A stretch of 63,872 nucleotides of DNA, filler included, from Conidiobolus incongruus B7586 (taxonomy: Eukaryota), in the NCBI GenBank assembly GCA_000697335.1. It is 7 parts of 7 records of this genome, joined end to end, with 100 filler letters (N's around TTAATTAATTAA, not from the genome) between each part and the next. Parts side by side here need not be neighbours in the genome. Positions count along the whole stretch, not along the records: positions 1 to 14,805 come from JNEM01006268.1; 6 more parts are not named here. One strand, given 5' to 3'. The position numbers and the translations under genes are program-made. The notes under the pieces are model-generated. The model was not told where the DNA came from and ran no database searches. It saw only the letters and a program-made list of their open reading frames with translations. This document shows, one piece after another, positions 1-11,688 of the stretch (positions within the stretch are counted from its first letter, which is position 1; every line of letters starts with the position of its first letter).

Positions 1-833
1 AGAACCGAATTACCCAGTTCATGAACAAGAACTACTTGCTGTAGTAGAATGTCTTAAACACTTCCGTCATTATGTATCTGGACAACCTGTTTATGCCTTT
101 ACGGATCATAAATCTTTAATATGGTTAAATGACCAACCTCATCTCTCCAAACGCCAAACTTCATGGGTTCAATTCCTTCAAGAATTCGATCTACGTATCA
201 GTTATATCAAAGGTCAATACAACACTCTGGCTGATCTTTTATCAAGACGTATCGATTACGCCCCTATCTGTGTCAAATGTCGCAAAAATCATGTAGATTT
301 AAATTCGGTTTCTTTACAAATGTCCACATCCCAAATCGAACAGCTAATCAAATCCAAATTACCTTCCAATGATTTTGCTCTTCAAGTGCGTGAAGACTTG
401 AAAAAACCAGAGAACAAAAAACCCCTGTATGTCAAGAGATTCAACCTATCAGATGACCTCCTGTACCACACTGGCAGAATATATGTCCCTGATGTAGAAT
501 CAATTAAACTACAACTTCTTAAATTATATCATGATTCAACCATCTCAGGTCATCAAGGATGGCTACATACCTTCTAAAAAATCTCTAGACACTTCTATTG
601 GCCAAAAATGCAAAAAGATATCGAAAAATATGTTATTTCCTGTGAACAATGCCAACTCAACAAACCACTTAATCAATATCCATATGGTCACTTAAATCCT
701 TTACCAGTCCCTACATCCCGCTGAAGCCACTTGGGAAGATGAAGCTAATATCTCTCATACGCTTGCCTACTCTAACTTTAAATCCAAAAGATCCTCTCGA
801 AAAGAGACTTTGCCACGTTATAGCAAAGTCTGA
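1..833 (+). mobile_element. Ty3/Gypsy (chromovirus) pol 3' fragment: RNase H, integrase Zn-finger region, chromodomain tail; defective
   Basis: Frame from nt 2 reads EPNYPVHEQELLAVVECLKHFRHY...FTDHKSL...QEFDLRISYIKGQYNTLADLLSR (Gypsy RNase H), then YHDSTISGHQG..*..FYWPKMQKDIEKYVISCEQCQ (HHCC; TAA at 575-577). After LNPLPVPTSR it jumps out of frame to EATWEDEANI (chromodomain). Confidence 0.92.
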
Positions 834-839
834 GGGGAG

Positions 840-1189
840 TGTCACGTATCTACCCAATTAGTCCATATATATTTACCTTTAATATCAGTTTACCCATAAT
901 TTATCTCTTATTCTACTTTCCCTTAAATTGATCCATTCTTATCCCAATATCAAAAGGGGAAATACAACAGGGATCTATCTATCTATTCATTCATCCAGTC
1001 ATCTATCTATTCACTCATCCATCTATCCAACTATCTATTTATCTATCTATCTAAAGGAAACTAACTCCAAGTCTTTGTCAAGAACTTCCAATAAAACTCC
1101 ATATAACTACATCCTAATCCTATAACTTATCCACACTCCAACTTAATTCAATACAATTATCCTAGTTTCCAGCACTAGGATAATACACA
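840..1189 (+). repeat. 3' LTR of the Gypsy element, preceded by polypurine tract GAGGGGAG
   Basis: GAGGGGAG|TGTCACG at 832-846; internal ATCT/ATCC tandem runs at ~973-1052; ends near ...ATACACA (1187-1189), where composition shifts to extreme AT. The right boundary is approximate. Confidence 0.75.
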
Positions 1190-1339
1190 GACTTAAAGTC
1201 ATAAATTTATAATAACTATTGCTAAATTTATTTTATTTTTTTATTACTTTGTAATTTAAATAATGGGGATTTTTTGTAATAAAAAAAACATTTTAATATA
1301 TAAAACATAAAATAAAATAATAAATAAATAACATTAAAT

Positions 1340-2420
1340 TAATAATTTCTTTTATTTCTAATAACTTTTTGCTTTATTTTTAATAAAATTCTAATATCTA
1401 AAAAATAATTATTTTTATTAAAGATTAAAATTTAATATTTTACAAACTAATTAAATTTTTTTTAGAAATTCTCTTTTTTATAAGCTAGTTTTTTAATTAC
1501 CTAAAATATTTATAATCATATAAGTTATAATTTAAAGAACATACTAGATATAGTGATTTTTTCTAGTTATTTTAAATTAAAAAGTTTTTTATAATTTTAA
1601 CTTTATATATTTTATAATTATTATGTAAAATAATAAATCTTCTCAAATTATATTAAAAATATTACTTAGAAATAATTTTATTATAAAATGTAATATAAAA
1701 TTTATTATTAATTAAATATTTTTTTAGAACTAAATAAAAATAACATATGCTATTATAATCTATTATAATAATTAATATCTACTTATCAATAAAATATTTA
1801 TTAAAAGGAATTTATAATAGGGGTTAATTTAACCTAATTTAATATTTTGATTTATGTTTTAATAAAAGATTATATAAAAAAATTAAGTTTTATTAATTAT
1901 AATAATTTACTGTAAAAGCTTTAGTTATTAGATATACCTTAATAAATTTTGATTAATAATAACTCCTCTAAATTTTTTTAAGTTTTAATTAAATTATAAA
2001 ATATTTATTTTTTATTTTTATTGATTAATTTTAATTTAAACTCTAATATATATTTAATACTTAAGTAATTAATATTAAAGTATATTAATAATTTTTTAAA
2101 TAAGATAAAAAGGTGTTTTTTAATATAATTTTTTACATTATTAATAATTAAAAGAATAATAGTTAAAATTAGTTTTTTAAATTTTAAAAGATTTTAGATA
2201 ATTTTTTTCTTAATTTTAAAGTAATTTACTTATCAATAAATTATTAATTTAAATAATATTTTATTATCAAAAGCTATTTATAAATTTTCAATAATTTTAA
2301 AGGGTTTATGGTTAAGTTTTATTAATACTAAAATAAAAAACTTTTGATGATTATTATCTAGTTTCAATATAATTAAATTAAATAATAAATTTTCAAAAGT
2401 TAATTTTCAATTAAAAAAAC
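1340..2420 (-). mobile_element. Degenerate mariner (DD34D-type) transposon copy 1
   Basis: Minus strand gives IILHNN (IILHDN) and LYLVCSLNYNLYDYKYFR*LKN (PHPAYSPDYNPCDY..F..LK after reverting C>T/G>A). Aligns by eye with 2800-3821, 14150-14805, 41880-42255 and 61500-61820. Confidence 0.7.
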
Positions 2421-2799
2421 TATTATATATTTTTCAAAACTATTTATCTTTTTGTTTATTATATCTATATATATATATATTTATTTACAACTCATAATAT
2501 GTTTAAAAATCAAAAATTAAAAAATTTCCTATTTTTTTTTTGATTTTATATTAATATTAATATTAATCAATAATAATAGGTTATATAAAAAATTGATAAT
2601 AATCAATATATAATTATTTTAAATCTTATAGAAAAATTTTGATTAATAATATACAAAAAACAATCATTTAAATTACTAACAAAAAAACATATATAACTTT
2701 TAAAACCAAATATATTATATAAAAAATAATTGGAAATTGAATTTTGGTACTTTTTTCAAAAATAATCTTGAATCTAATTTTTAATATAGAATATAGTAA

Positions 2800-3821
2800 A
2801 ATTAATATTCTCTTTATTATTAATAGCTCTTTGCTAAGCTTTTGGTAAGTTCCTAATACCTAAAAAACAAATTTTTTATTTAAAATTAAAATTTAATATT
2901 TCACAACCTTAGTTATTTTATCCTTTTGAATTTACTCTCTTATAAGATTATTTTTTTAATTATTTAAAGCGATTATAGTCATATTGGTTATAATCTAATG
3001 AATATATTAAATATTTTAGCTTTTGCAGCTTAATTTTATAAAGAAATCCTTTTATACCTCTGACTTCATTTATTTTATAGTTATCATATAAAATAATAGA
3101 TTCTTAGAATTTTTATTAAAAATATTATTTATATATTTCACCTAAAATATATAAAATTTATAATATGCTTTTTAAATCGCAAGAATTCTGTCAAAAGGCA
3201 TTATATCATGATAATTTAATATAAAAAGTAATTTTTATTTATATAAAATATTTATTTTATTTGAATTTACAAAAGGATTTATTTTAACCTAGTATTTTTA
3301 ATTATTTTAAAGCAAAAGAATATGCACAGGGATTTAAAATTAAAAAATTAAAATAATATAAAGTAAATGCCTAAGTTTTTAGCTATATTTTGATAAGATC
3401 TTTGTAGCTATAGATATACTAGATTATTTTAAACTTATATCAAAATATAGAATATTTATTTTATATAATTTATAATTAAACTAGGTCTAAATTTCAATAT
3501 ATATAATATATTTGTATAATTTATTTTAAATATGTTTTTCATTTACTTTTTTGATACAGTTACACAATGGTTTTTAATATTGTTTTTTATTATTTTAATA
3601 ATTGAAATAATGAGAGAAATTAACTTGCGAGATTTTGGTAAATCTTGCATAGTTTTTCTTCTAGCTTTAAAGTCACAAATCTAGCAATAAACTGCAATTC
3701 TATATAGGGCATCCTCTTTATAAGATAATAGTAACCTTTGAAGGATTTTAGAGGGTTTATAGCTGAGTTTTAATCATGGCAAAATAAAAGACTTCTTATA
3801 ATCACCCTCTGATTTAACCAT
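2800..3821 (-). mobile_element. Degenerate mariner transposase, best-preserved copy (~340 codons)
   Basis: From ATG 3821: MVKSEGDYKKSFILP*LKLSYKPSKILQRLLLSYKEDALYRIAVYC*ICDFKARRKTMQDLPKSRK (mariner HTH, consensus-like YGEDAPSRTAVYRW..DFKAGR...DLPRSGRP); YSLDYNQYDYNRFK (YSPDxxPxDY); C-terminus GIRNLPKA*QRAINNK. Confidence 0.85.
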
Positions 3822-4802
3822 GTGTAAATTTAACGCTAAATCTTAAAATCAAAAAATGATAGTAACAAATACATATATATTGTTTTATCCCATGAATTAT
3901 TTTGTTTATATTGCGATGTTCAAAACCTTTAATATGTTTAAAAAATAGTATATTAAACAAATGCCATTTTTATTTTTCAAACCTATATTACATTTACACA
4001 AATCTTTTTAGATTAAGTTTCATAACAATTTATAAATCACTTGATGCAAAATATGTAGTATATATTGTTATAAAACATAGCAGATTTTGTCTCTTGACAT
4101 TAATAGGTCATTAAACAAAATTTTTACCTAAAATAAATATAACTTGATGAAATTATAAATTTTGATTTTAATTAATTGAATTAAAACTAATGATATAAAA
4201 TTTTTAATATTATGCCAATACCTAATTAATTCAGGAATGGTTTAGAATTAATTTTTTTTTCATTTTCAAGGAACAAACCAAATTATCAATGAAATATTTT
4301 TATTTGCATTTTTTGCTAAAGTACTTGAAAATGAAAAATTGGAATAAATATTATTTAATTGCTTAATTGTCTTTATATTATACTACAATATAAAGTAATC
4401 GAATAATTACATTAGCTGTATTTCAACTATATTTTTCATTTAATTAGTCTTTATTATTATACATGAAGTGTATCCGGTTAAATCATAATCAAAATAACAT
4501 TTTTTTAATTCAATAATTTATAAAATTTTATCTAACTAGGTGAATGTATATAAATATAACTATAACATAATTATATGATGTATATAACTGGAATTGCTAC
4601 ATAATATATTTTGATATATATAATTGAGTTATAATAATCCTTATTAATTAATCATTTGACATCATATTATGATAACTTAAGAATATATATTATTTAACTT
4701 ATATTCATTATTTAAAACATATCCACTGTCAATATGGTCAAGATATATATTAATAGACTTTAAATTAATTTAGTACATATTAATAATATCTTGATAAATT
4801 TA

Positions 4803-5346
4803 TGTAACGTGATTAGCTAAGGGTATTAATACCAGTTCCAATACTTCGTCACGATGGTCAGAGCTATAAGTGACTATGTGATCTACAACTCTAGGGGCCA
4901 AGATGACCAGTTGGTTTGCGATTGTTATCCGATTAGGTTCATCATATGGAATTAATTGCAAATTGGGCAAATTAGAACAAATGAGAGCCATGTTGTAAAA
5001 TTATGTAGTAATGAGTAAAAAATAAAGATAAGTTGTAGTAGAACTGATTTTATTATTGAAATAAGTATGTTGAATAATATAACTAGTAATAAGTTAATGG
5101 GTGGTTTTAGTAACACTAAGGTGGGGGTGTTACTCTTGGAAGCGATGGATATAGAAGAGGATAATTGGCAGTAGAAATGTAATTTTGAATACAAACCAAA
5201 AATCAAGCTTCAACGATAGAAGCTACTGGTGTATTTAAAGGCATTTTAAGAGTTTGTGGGGGTGTGGCTATGCAATGGTGTATCCTTGTGATGGTTCTCA
5301 GGACTGGTTCCTTGTTCTTGTTTATCCAAGGGAACAGAATGCCATA
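4803..5346 (-). repeat. Solo LTR (544 bp) of a different family, with 5-bp target-site duplication ATTTA
   Basis: GC-richer island bounded by TGTAACG... and ...GCCATA (terminal CA apparently mutated to TA); ATTTA at 4798-4802 and 5347-5351. No coding capacity; orientation is tentative. Confidence 0.7.
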
Positions 5347-8300
5347 ATTTATATATAATTAAATATTTTATTAACATAGTAATAAATATAATCTAATATG
5401 ATATCTTTTATAAATATCCTCATAGTTGATGTTTTTTTATTTAACATTATATTTTTATACAACACACAACAACTATATTAATAAGCATTTATTATATAGT
5501 ATATATCTGATATAGAATTTTTTTTACTAAATACTAAGGAAAAATTTAAAATGATATAATATAAAGATTTATATAAAATATATATTAACAGTTGATCTAT
5601 TTATTATATATAATATTATATTGTATCTAAAATATATATCAATATCCATTTGATCGTTATATTATTTACATTCTTAATCTTTGATCATATAATAATTTAT
5701 TCTGAAAATTCTAATTAAATTTCTAATTTGATATTAGAAAAGTTATAATTATTTCGTTTATTAAGAAACATTAAATAATATAATTTTGTAATTAAAAAAG
5801 ATTAAGCTTATGTCCCCGAGTAATAATCTTTTATTGATAAGTAGTTATTATTATAGGAATCAACAAAATTAAAATTTAATATGATAACTCAAGGTTTATA
5901 ATTATTATAATTTATTTATTTTTTTAATAATCAGAATATAATTCAAAAATACCAAATGATATTAAATTATTAAGCTAAAATTTTTGATAATTATAACTTA
6001 AATATAACACAAACCAAATATAGTTCAAAGGAAGTCTTAAAATAATGATGTAGTAAACTCCGTGAAATATTAGTAGTTTTACTAAAGATTTAAATGATGT
6101 GATCAACAGTAAATAGTGTCAATAGTAATAGAGTATTGATAAAAATAGTCACAATTTTAAAATGATAGTGACTAACAATAATCAGAGAATAATCGTAAGG
6201 ACTTGAAAGACGAGAAAAGAGAAACCTTTTTTATTAATTCATTTAAGGATATATATACAATAAAAATGCATATAAATTAGATTTTGGTAAAGAGTTTAGA
6301 AAACAATACAAAATTAGCTCAATATGTGAATAAATATGAATTACCATTAGAAATTCGAGTAATATCCTTTTGACAATACAAAATTACTTTCAATATAGTT
6401 TTGATTGGATATAATATAACTTGATCATTTGGTAATTAATATTTAATATATGTTTAAATATATCGTATAATGATATATCCATTAATATATAATCTTTTAA
6501 TATATTGTCAATAAATAATATAACTTATTATATTCTATCTTTGAATTATAAAATTACTAATACTGATGTTGAATATGTATGAATATATATCAATATATTC
6601 AATTTTTTATTTTAGAGCAAATAATAACACATAATTATAGGCAAATAATAATAAAATTTTAAAAAAATATAATATAGCTCATTCCAATAGACTAATAATT
6701 TAATATATTATAAATTGTTAGCTTTTCATTAAATATTATAGAGAATATGGATTAATATATTATGAATACCATAAAGTTATAAAATTTGCTATGAATATTA
6801 CCAAATATAATTTGCTATCAGAATGAGGTAAATTTGTTAATTTTTCTTTATCATTGATAATATAGCTGAATTAAAAATTAAATTATAGAAGACTAGAGAA
6901 TTGTATTTGAATTCCTATCTTATTTCCATTAGAAATAAGCTAAATATAAGAGTTTGGAGTGATTTTGTGATATATTTTCAAAAATTTATACTGTAGAGGA
7001 ATACCTAATAATGTATAGGAATAAATAAAAAGATTAATATGGTTTTATTCTAATACATTATACAGAATTATTCAAATCTATAAATTAATAAAAATTATTT
7101 TCCAATCTAAATAACTAAACTTTCGCTGCTTTATAGGTATTTTTCAAAATAAGTTTTCCCACTTCAATTATTTTTGATTCCTAGTAAAATTTACATTTAT
7201 TCTTCATTCAGATATCTATTTAGTTATCAGGTATTAAATACAATATTAATAATATTGAAGAATAACATAATGATATCATGTTTTACATTGTACTTTATTT
7301 TCATCAATGCAACTCAAATTCCAATACATTAGTAATAATAATACTAATATTATTTCACTATATATCTAAATCGAGCTTTTTGGGGAGAAAAATTAGATAA
7401 GAATGGAGTTAAAACAAATTGAATTTTTTTCAATAGGCTTTTTAAAGTTATATATTGTTAAATTCTAAACTACATAATTATTGGGTTATGGATCCATTAA
7501 TATATAATACAAAGTTATATTATTTCATAATAGATCTTATTCAACAAGAAAACTTAAACAAATAGACAAATTTTAATAAACAAAACAATCTATATATATA
7601 TATGTAAATTTTTATAATATAATATTTTAAAAATAATAATATATAGCTCCAAACAGTAGTATAGCAATTAATAAAAAATATAATATAATGGTATAAGTGA
7701 ATAGATAGTATGAATAATTTAGGAAAATAGTATTTGAGATGAATAAATAAGATATACTAATATATTTTGAATCCATTTCAAATTTATTTATATCTGCAAT
7801 GAATAAAGTTTTAATAAGCATCAATGTTAAGACATTGGTTAAATACCTGAAATACAGGTTTTTAGGTCAAAGAATACATAAGTAGATAGTTATGATGAAA
7901 TATGGATATTATTTCTACCAAATAAGAATACCAAAACCACAATTCCATGCTCATATTCAAGCTTGACAAATCAAGTTCAATTATAGAACTTTATATAGTA
8001 TTTTTTTTCAATTTAATTAAAATAATTTGTTTATTTTAAATTAATTGATCCATATTCATTATTTTTTAATATTATTTTTCCCAGGTGTTTAAAAAATATT
8101 ATTTTCGTTTGGTTTATAATTGAAATGTCTTATACATATACTCAGAGATAAAATATTCATTTATTTTTCTTTACTAATTATATTATTGTTTGTAAAATAT
8201 TGAAGCTATCTATTTTTAACTTGATAATTATTTGTGAATCCAGTGTACCGTGAAATTGTTTGTTAATTTATTTTATCTGACCAAACTTAATATTTCACTT

Positions 8301-11298
8301 AAGTTTCAATTAAATATTGTGAATTGTTATTTTCTATTGAATACTTTAATAACCATCAGCCAATTTAAAACTGTATTCTTATAAAATTACCATTTCAAAT
8401 ATTATTCCACACTATTGATATTTTGATGTTTCATTTCATTATGGATCAACCTAATTCAATTTGAATACCCTATATTAATAAAATTCACCAATCGCATTTT
8501 GGTAATCTAGTATATTATTTAATCATCAAAAATTAGTATAATTTATATCTTATACTTTATAAGATCTTCTGATATACATATTATTTGGTTTCAGTAAAAT
8601 AAAAATAATATTTAATAATTTTTATTACTGTTCTAAATCGAAAATTCAATCAACTAAAATTTTTTGTAATAATTAAAAGGAGTGATTTAATATAAGGTAT
8701 ATCCAATGAAATTGAAAATATCGGAATATTTATTACTTAAATGATTAGCAGAATAAGAAAATGATATTTATAAATCAATAGATAATTATTTATTACCAAA
8801 TACAAAGTACAATATCACCTGCAATTGTTACTTCAGCTTAGATATTGAGAATAAAAGTTGGAAATTTTGAGGCTTAAAATCAAAATTTCTAAATACAATT
8901 TTTATATAACTATCATTTTCCTTAAATTATCGGGATCATTTAATTTAATAGATTTGTTTTTTCATAAAAGGATATATTGATTGTAATGTTTCAAGGTTTT
9001 TAAGGATAATGAAAAGATTATTGAGTCATTTAAAATAATAAATATTGATTAAGTTTAGTTATGATATATTTTTGTTTAACATCGGAATAAGATTAACTAA
9101 AACAATACACAAAATAACATAATTTAAAATATTAATAATATTGGTAAACATAAAAAACCAATATTGAATATCAAATAAATAATTTTTCTAATTTTTCTAA
9201 TTTTATTATTGTTATATTGATTCCAATGTGTTCGCGGCCACTAAAAAATATTTTATGTGATGTATATTATAAAATTCATATTTGTATCAGATTCTCAATA
9301 TAGAATTTGGACTCTTATGGCAGGTTGAAAGTAAAGTGTGAGTAAAAATATAAAATATTAAAATCAAAATTGAATATGATAAATCATGTATCTGATCTTT
9401 TACGCACCTTTCCAAACTAATCAAACTCTAGATTTTAGTATCAAATGATAAAATTATTATGTAATATAAATCCCTGTATATAAAAATTATTTTTAATTAA
9501 TTTTTATTGCATTTTTTAGTAAATCAATACAATAGATTTACGAGAAGTATCATAATAAGAAACTTACACCATTTCATTAACCCTGCTAAATGGGTTACAA
9601 AATTCTCGTACTTCCCCAGATTTTGCAGTAAGGGATTTAATAAATTAATTGAGTAACTGGTTTGAATAAAATTAGGTTTACCAGTAAGTTAATGAATTGT
9701 GACAGTTAATTACTAATCTTCTTTCCCTTACAATATTTACTAAAATGGGTTATACGATTGCCTAAATAGGAATTCTTTGTAAGATTGCATCATTTCCTTA
9801 ATGATCTTATGAAAAAGAAAATTGTTAAATAAGTTTCAAATGATATACACTAAGGGTAAATAGAATAAAACAAGTTAAAGAAATAGGTTATCTAATATCT
9901 TTTCTAAGCATATTTAACTTATCAGAGCAATAAATTATCAGCTATAGCATAGTTAACCCCAATCAGTCATCTATTAGATATAAACTATAATATATTTTTT
10001 ATATAATAAATGATAGGGATTAAACCACATTTTCAATAGTGAGAAAATTTAACAATATTTATGTATAATAGTAGAGTTATAGATTAATATTTCATCTAAA
10101 AGATAATTAACTTGAACTATGAGTTAATATTTTTAATATATTTTTAAATATAAACCTTGATTATATACTAAACAATTAATCTTTTAAAATAATAATTGAT
10201 TGAGAAAATCAAATAGGACTTAAATTATAGTAAAAATAATGGAATGGAATTGATTTGATATTATGTATAAAATTCATTTTTATTCCTTATTTTCAAAGGA
10301 TCATATTCCTCTTCATTATATTAAATTTGAAGATATTTATTATATACATTTCCACTATAAGCTATGATTTTAATAAATATATTAAGTATTAAATCAATTT
10401 TAAGCATTGTCACCTTAAAATCATCTCTTCAAATTTAAAATGATTTCAGATATAGAATTGAATGGTAATTATAATTTGCCTATGCCTTATGTTATATTTG
10501 ATATACTATTGACATTAAATATTAAATTTTTATAAAAATAAGAACCGGTGAAAGGGCCTCAAAAGGTAATTTTTCACCTAACCTATAATTTACTTAATAA
10601 ATTATTAATGAATAATTCAATCATCCACTAGCATAATTTAGCTCCAAACTGATTAATACTGGATGCATTTTTATTGATCATAATTACCTCGTTGAACAAT
10701 GGGATATTCTTGAGCACCTTTTTAGTCAACAATATTGAAATATCTTTATCAATTATCCAATTTTGAAAAAAAATTATATTAATAAAATTTTAATTTAGTT
10801 TCTAGAAAATATCAGAAGATTATAAATAAATTTTAATATTAATAGAATAGCAATTTTATATTTTGATTAAAAATCGCCCCAACTAAGTATCACGATAATT
10901 TAAATTAAGATTAAAAATATCAGCTGTCACACTTTACATCCATTATCATTGGATTAATTTCTCCTTCAAAAAGTTGTTCCATATAATTTATCCTGAGTTC
11001 ACAATTGCAAAAAATGCGGGAAAGTAAGCAATTTTTATTACTAAATTAATCATAATTTATTAATTTTATTAAATTATTAATTAGACGTGATAAAGTTGAA
11101 AAATTTATAGTGATTAAACTTGTTTAATTGGCTAGTGATATTTATTTTTAATAGATGACTAATAGAAATGTTGAGTGAGGACATGTAAGAGTACATTCGA
11201 TCAAGTGATATAAATTAAGGGTAAGATCAGAATATTTCTTTGAACTGTAATTAATTTTGATTGAGGAGACACTCTTAACATTCAATTCACTTGAAATA

Positions 11299-11688
11299 AT
11301 GTCGAATTATCCGCCATCTACAACGTCTTCAAACAAATCGAACAAGTCGAGCAAATCAAACAAATCCAAAACTACTCAATATACCTATTATGTTACCAAA
11401 AATTATGGATCCATATATGATAAGGGTAACGAATCAAGCTCAAGCTCAAGTGTCAGTTTCCAACTCAATCAGCCACCATCACCATCCCTAATCTCATGGT
11501 CCAGATTAAAAAACACATTCTGCACAAATAAGAGCTCAAAATATCTGGTCCTTACAGCTTTACTCGGATTGGCCATTTTAGTAATTTCTATTTCTAGCTT
11601 CGTTGTTGGAGTAAATAGAGTGATTAATCCCCAAAAACCACATCATTCACATCCACATCCCAGTCCTAAACAGCCTGCTGGAGTTTAG
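11299..11688 (+). CDS. Hypothetical 129-aa single-pass membrane protein (Ser-rich N-terminus, TM helix, His/Pro tail)
   Basis: ATG at 11299 (MSNYPPSTT) within the ORF-track ORF; hydrophobic YLVLTALLGLAILVISISSFVVGV; GC raised relative to flanks; TATAAA ~90 nt upstream. Confidence 0.7.
   Translation: MSNYPPSTTSSNKSNKSSKSNKSKTTQYTYYVTKNYGSIYDKGNESSSSSSVSFQLNQPPSPSLISWSRLKNTFCTNKSSKYLVLTALLGLAILVISISSFVVGVNRVINPQKPHHSHPHPSPKQPAGV

Noticed and set aside
928..1125. 65-aa ORF with SIHSS/IYLS repeats
   Set aside because: Translation of ATCT/ATCC tandem repeats inside an LTR.
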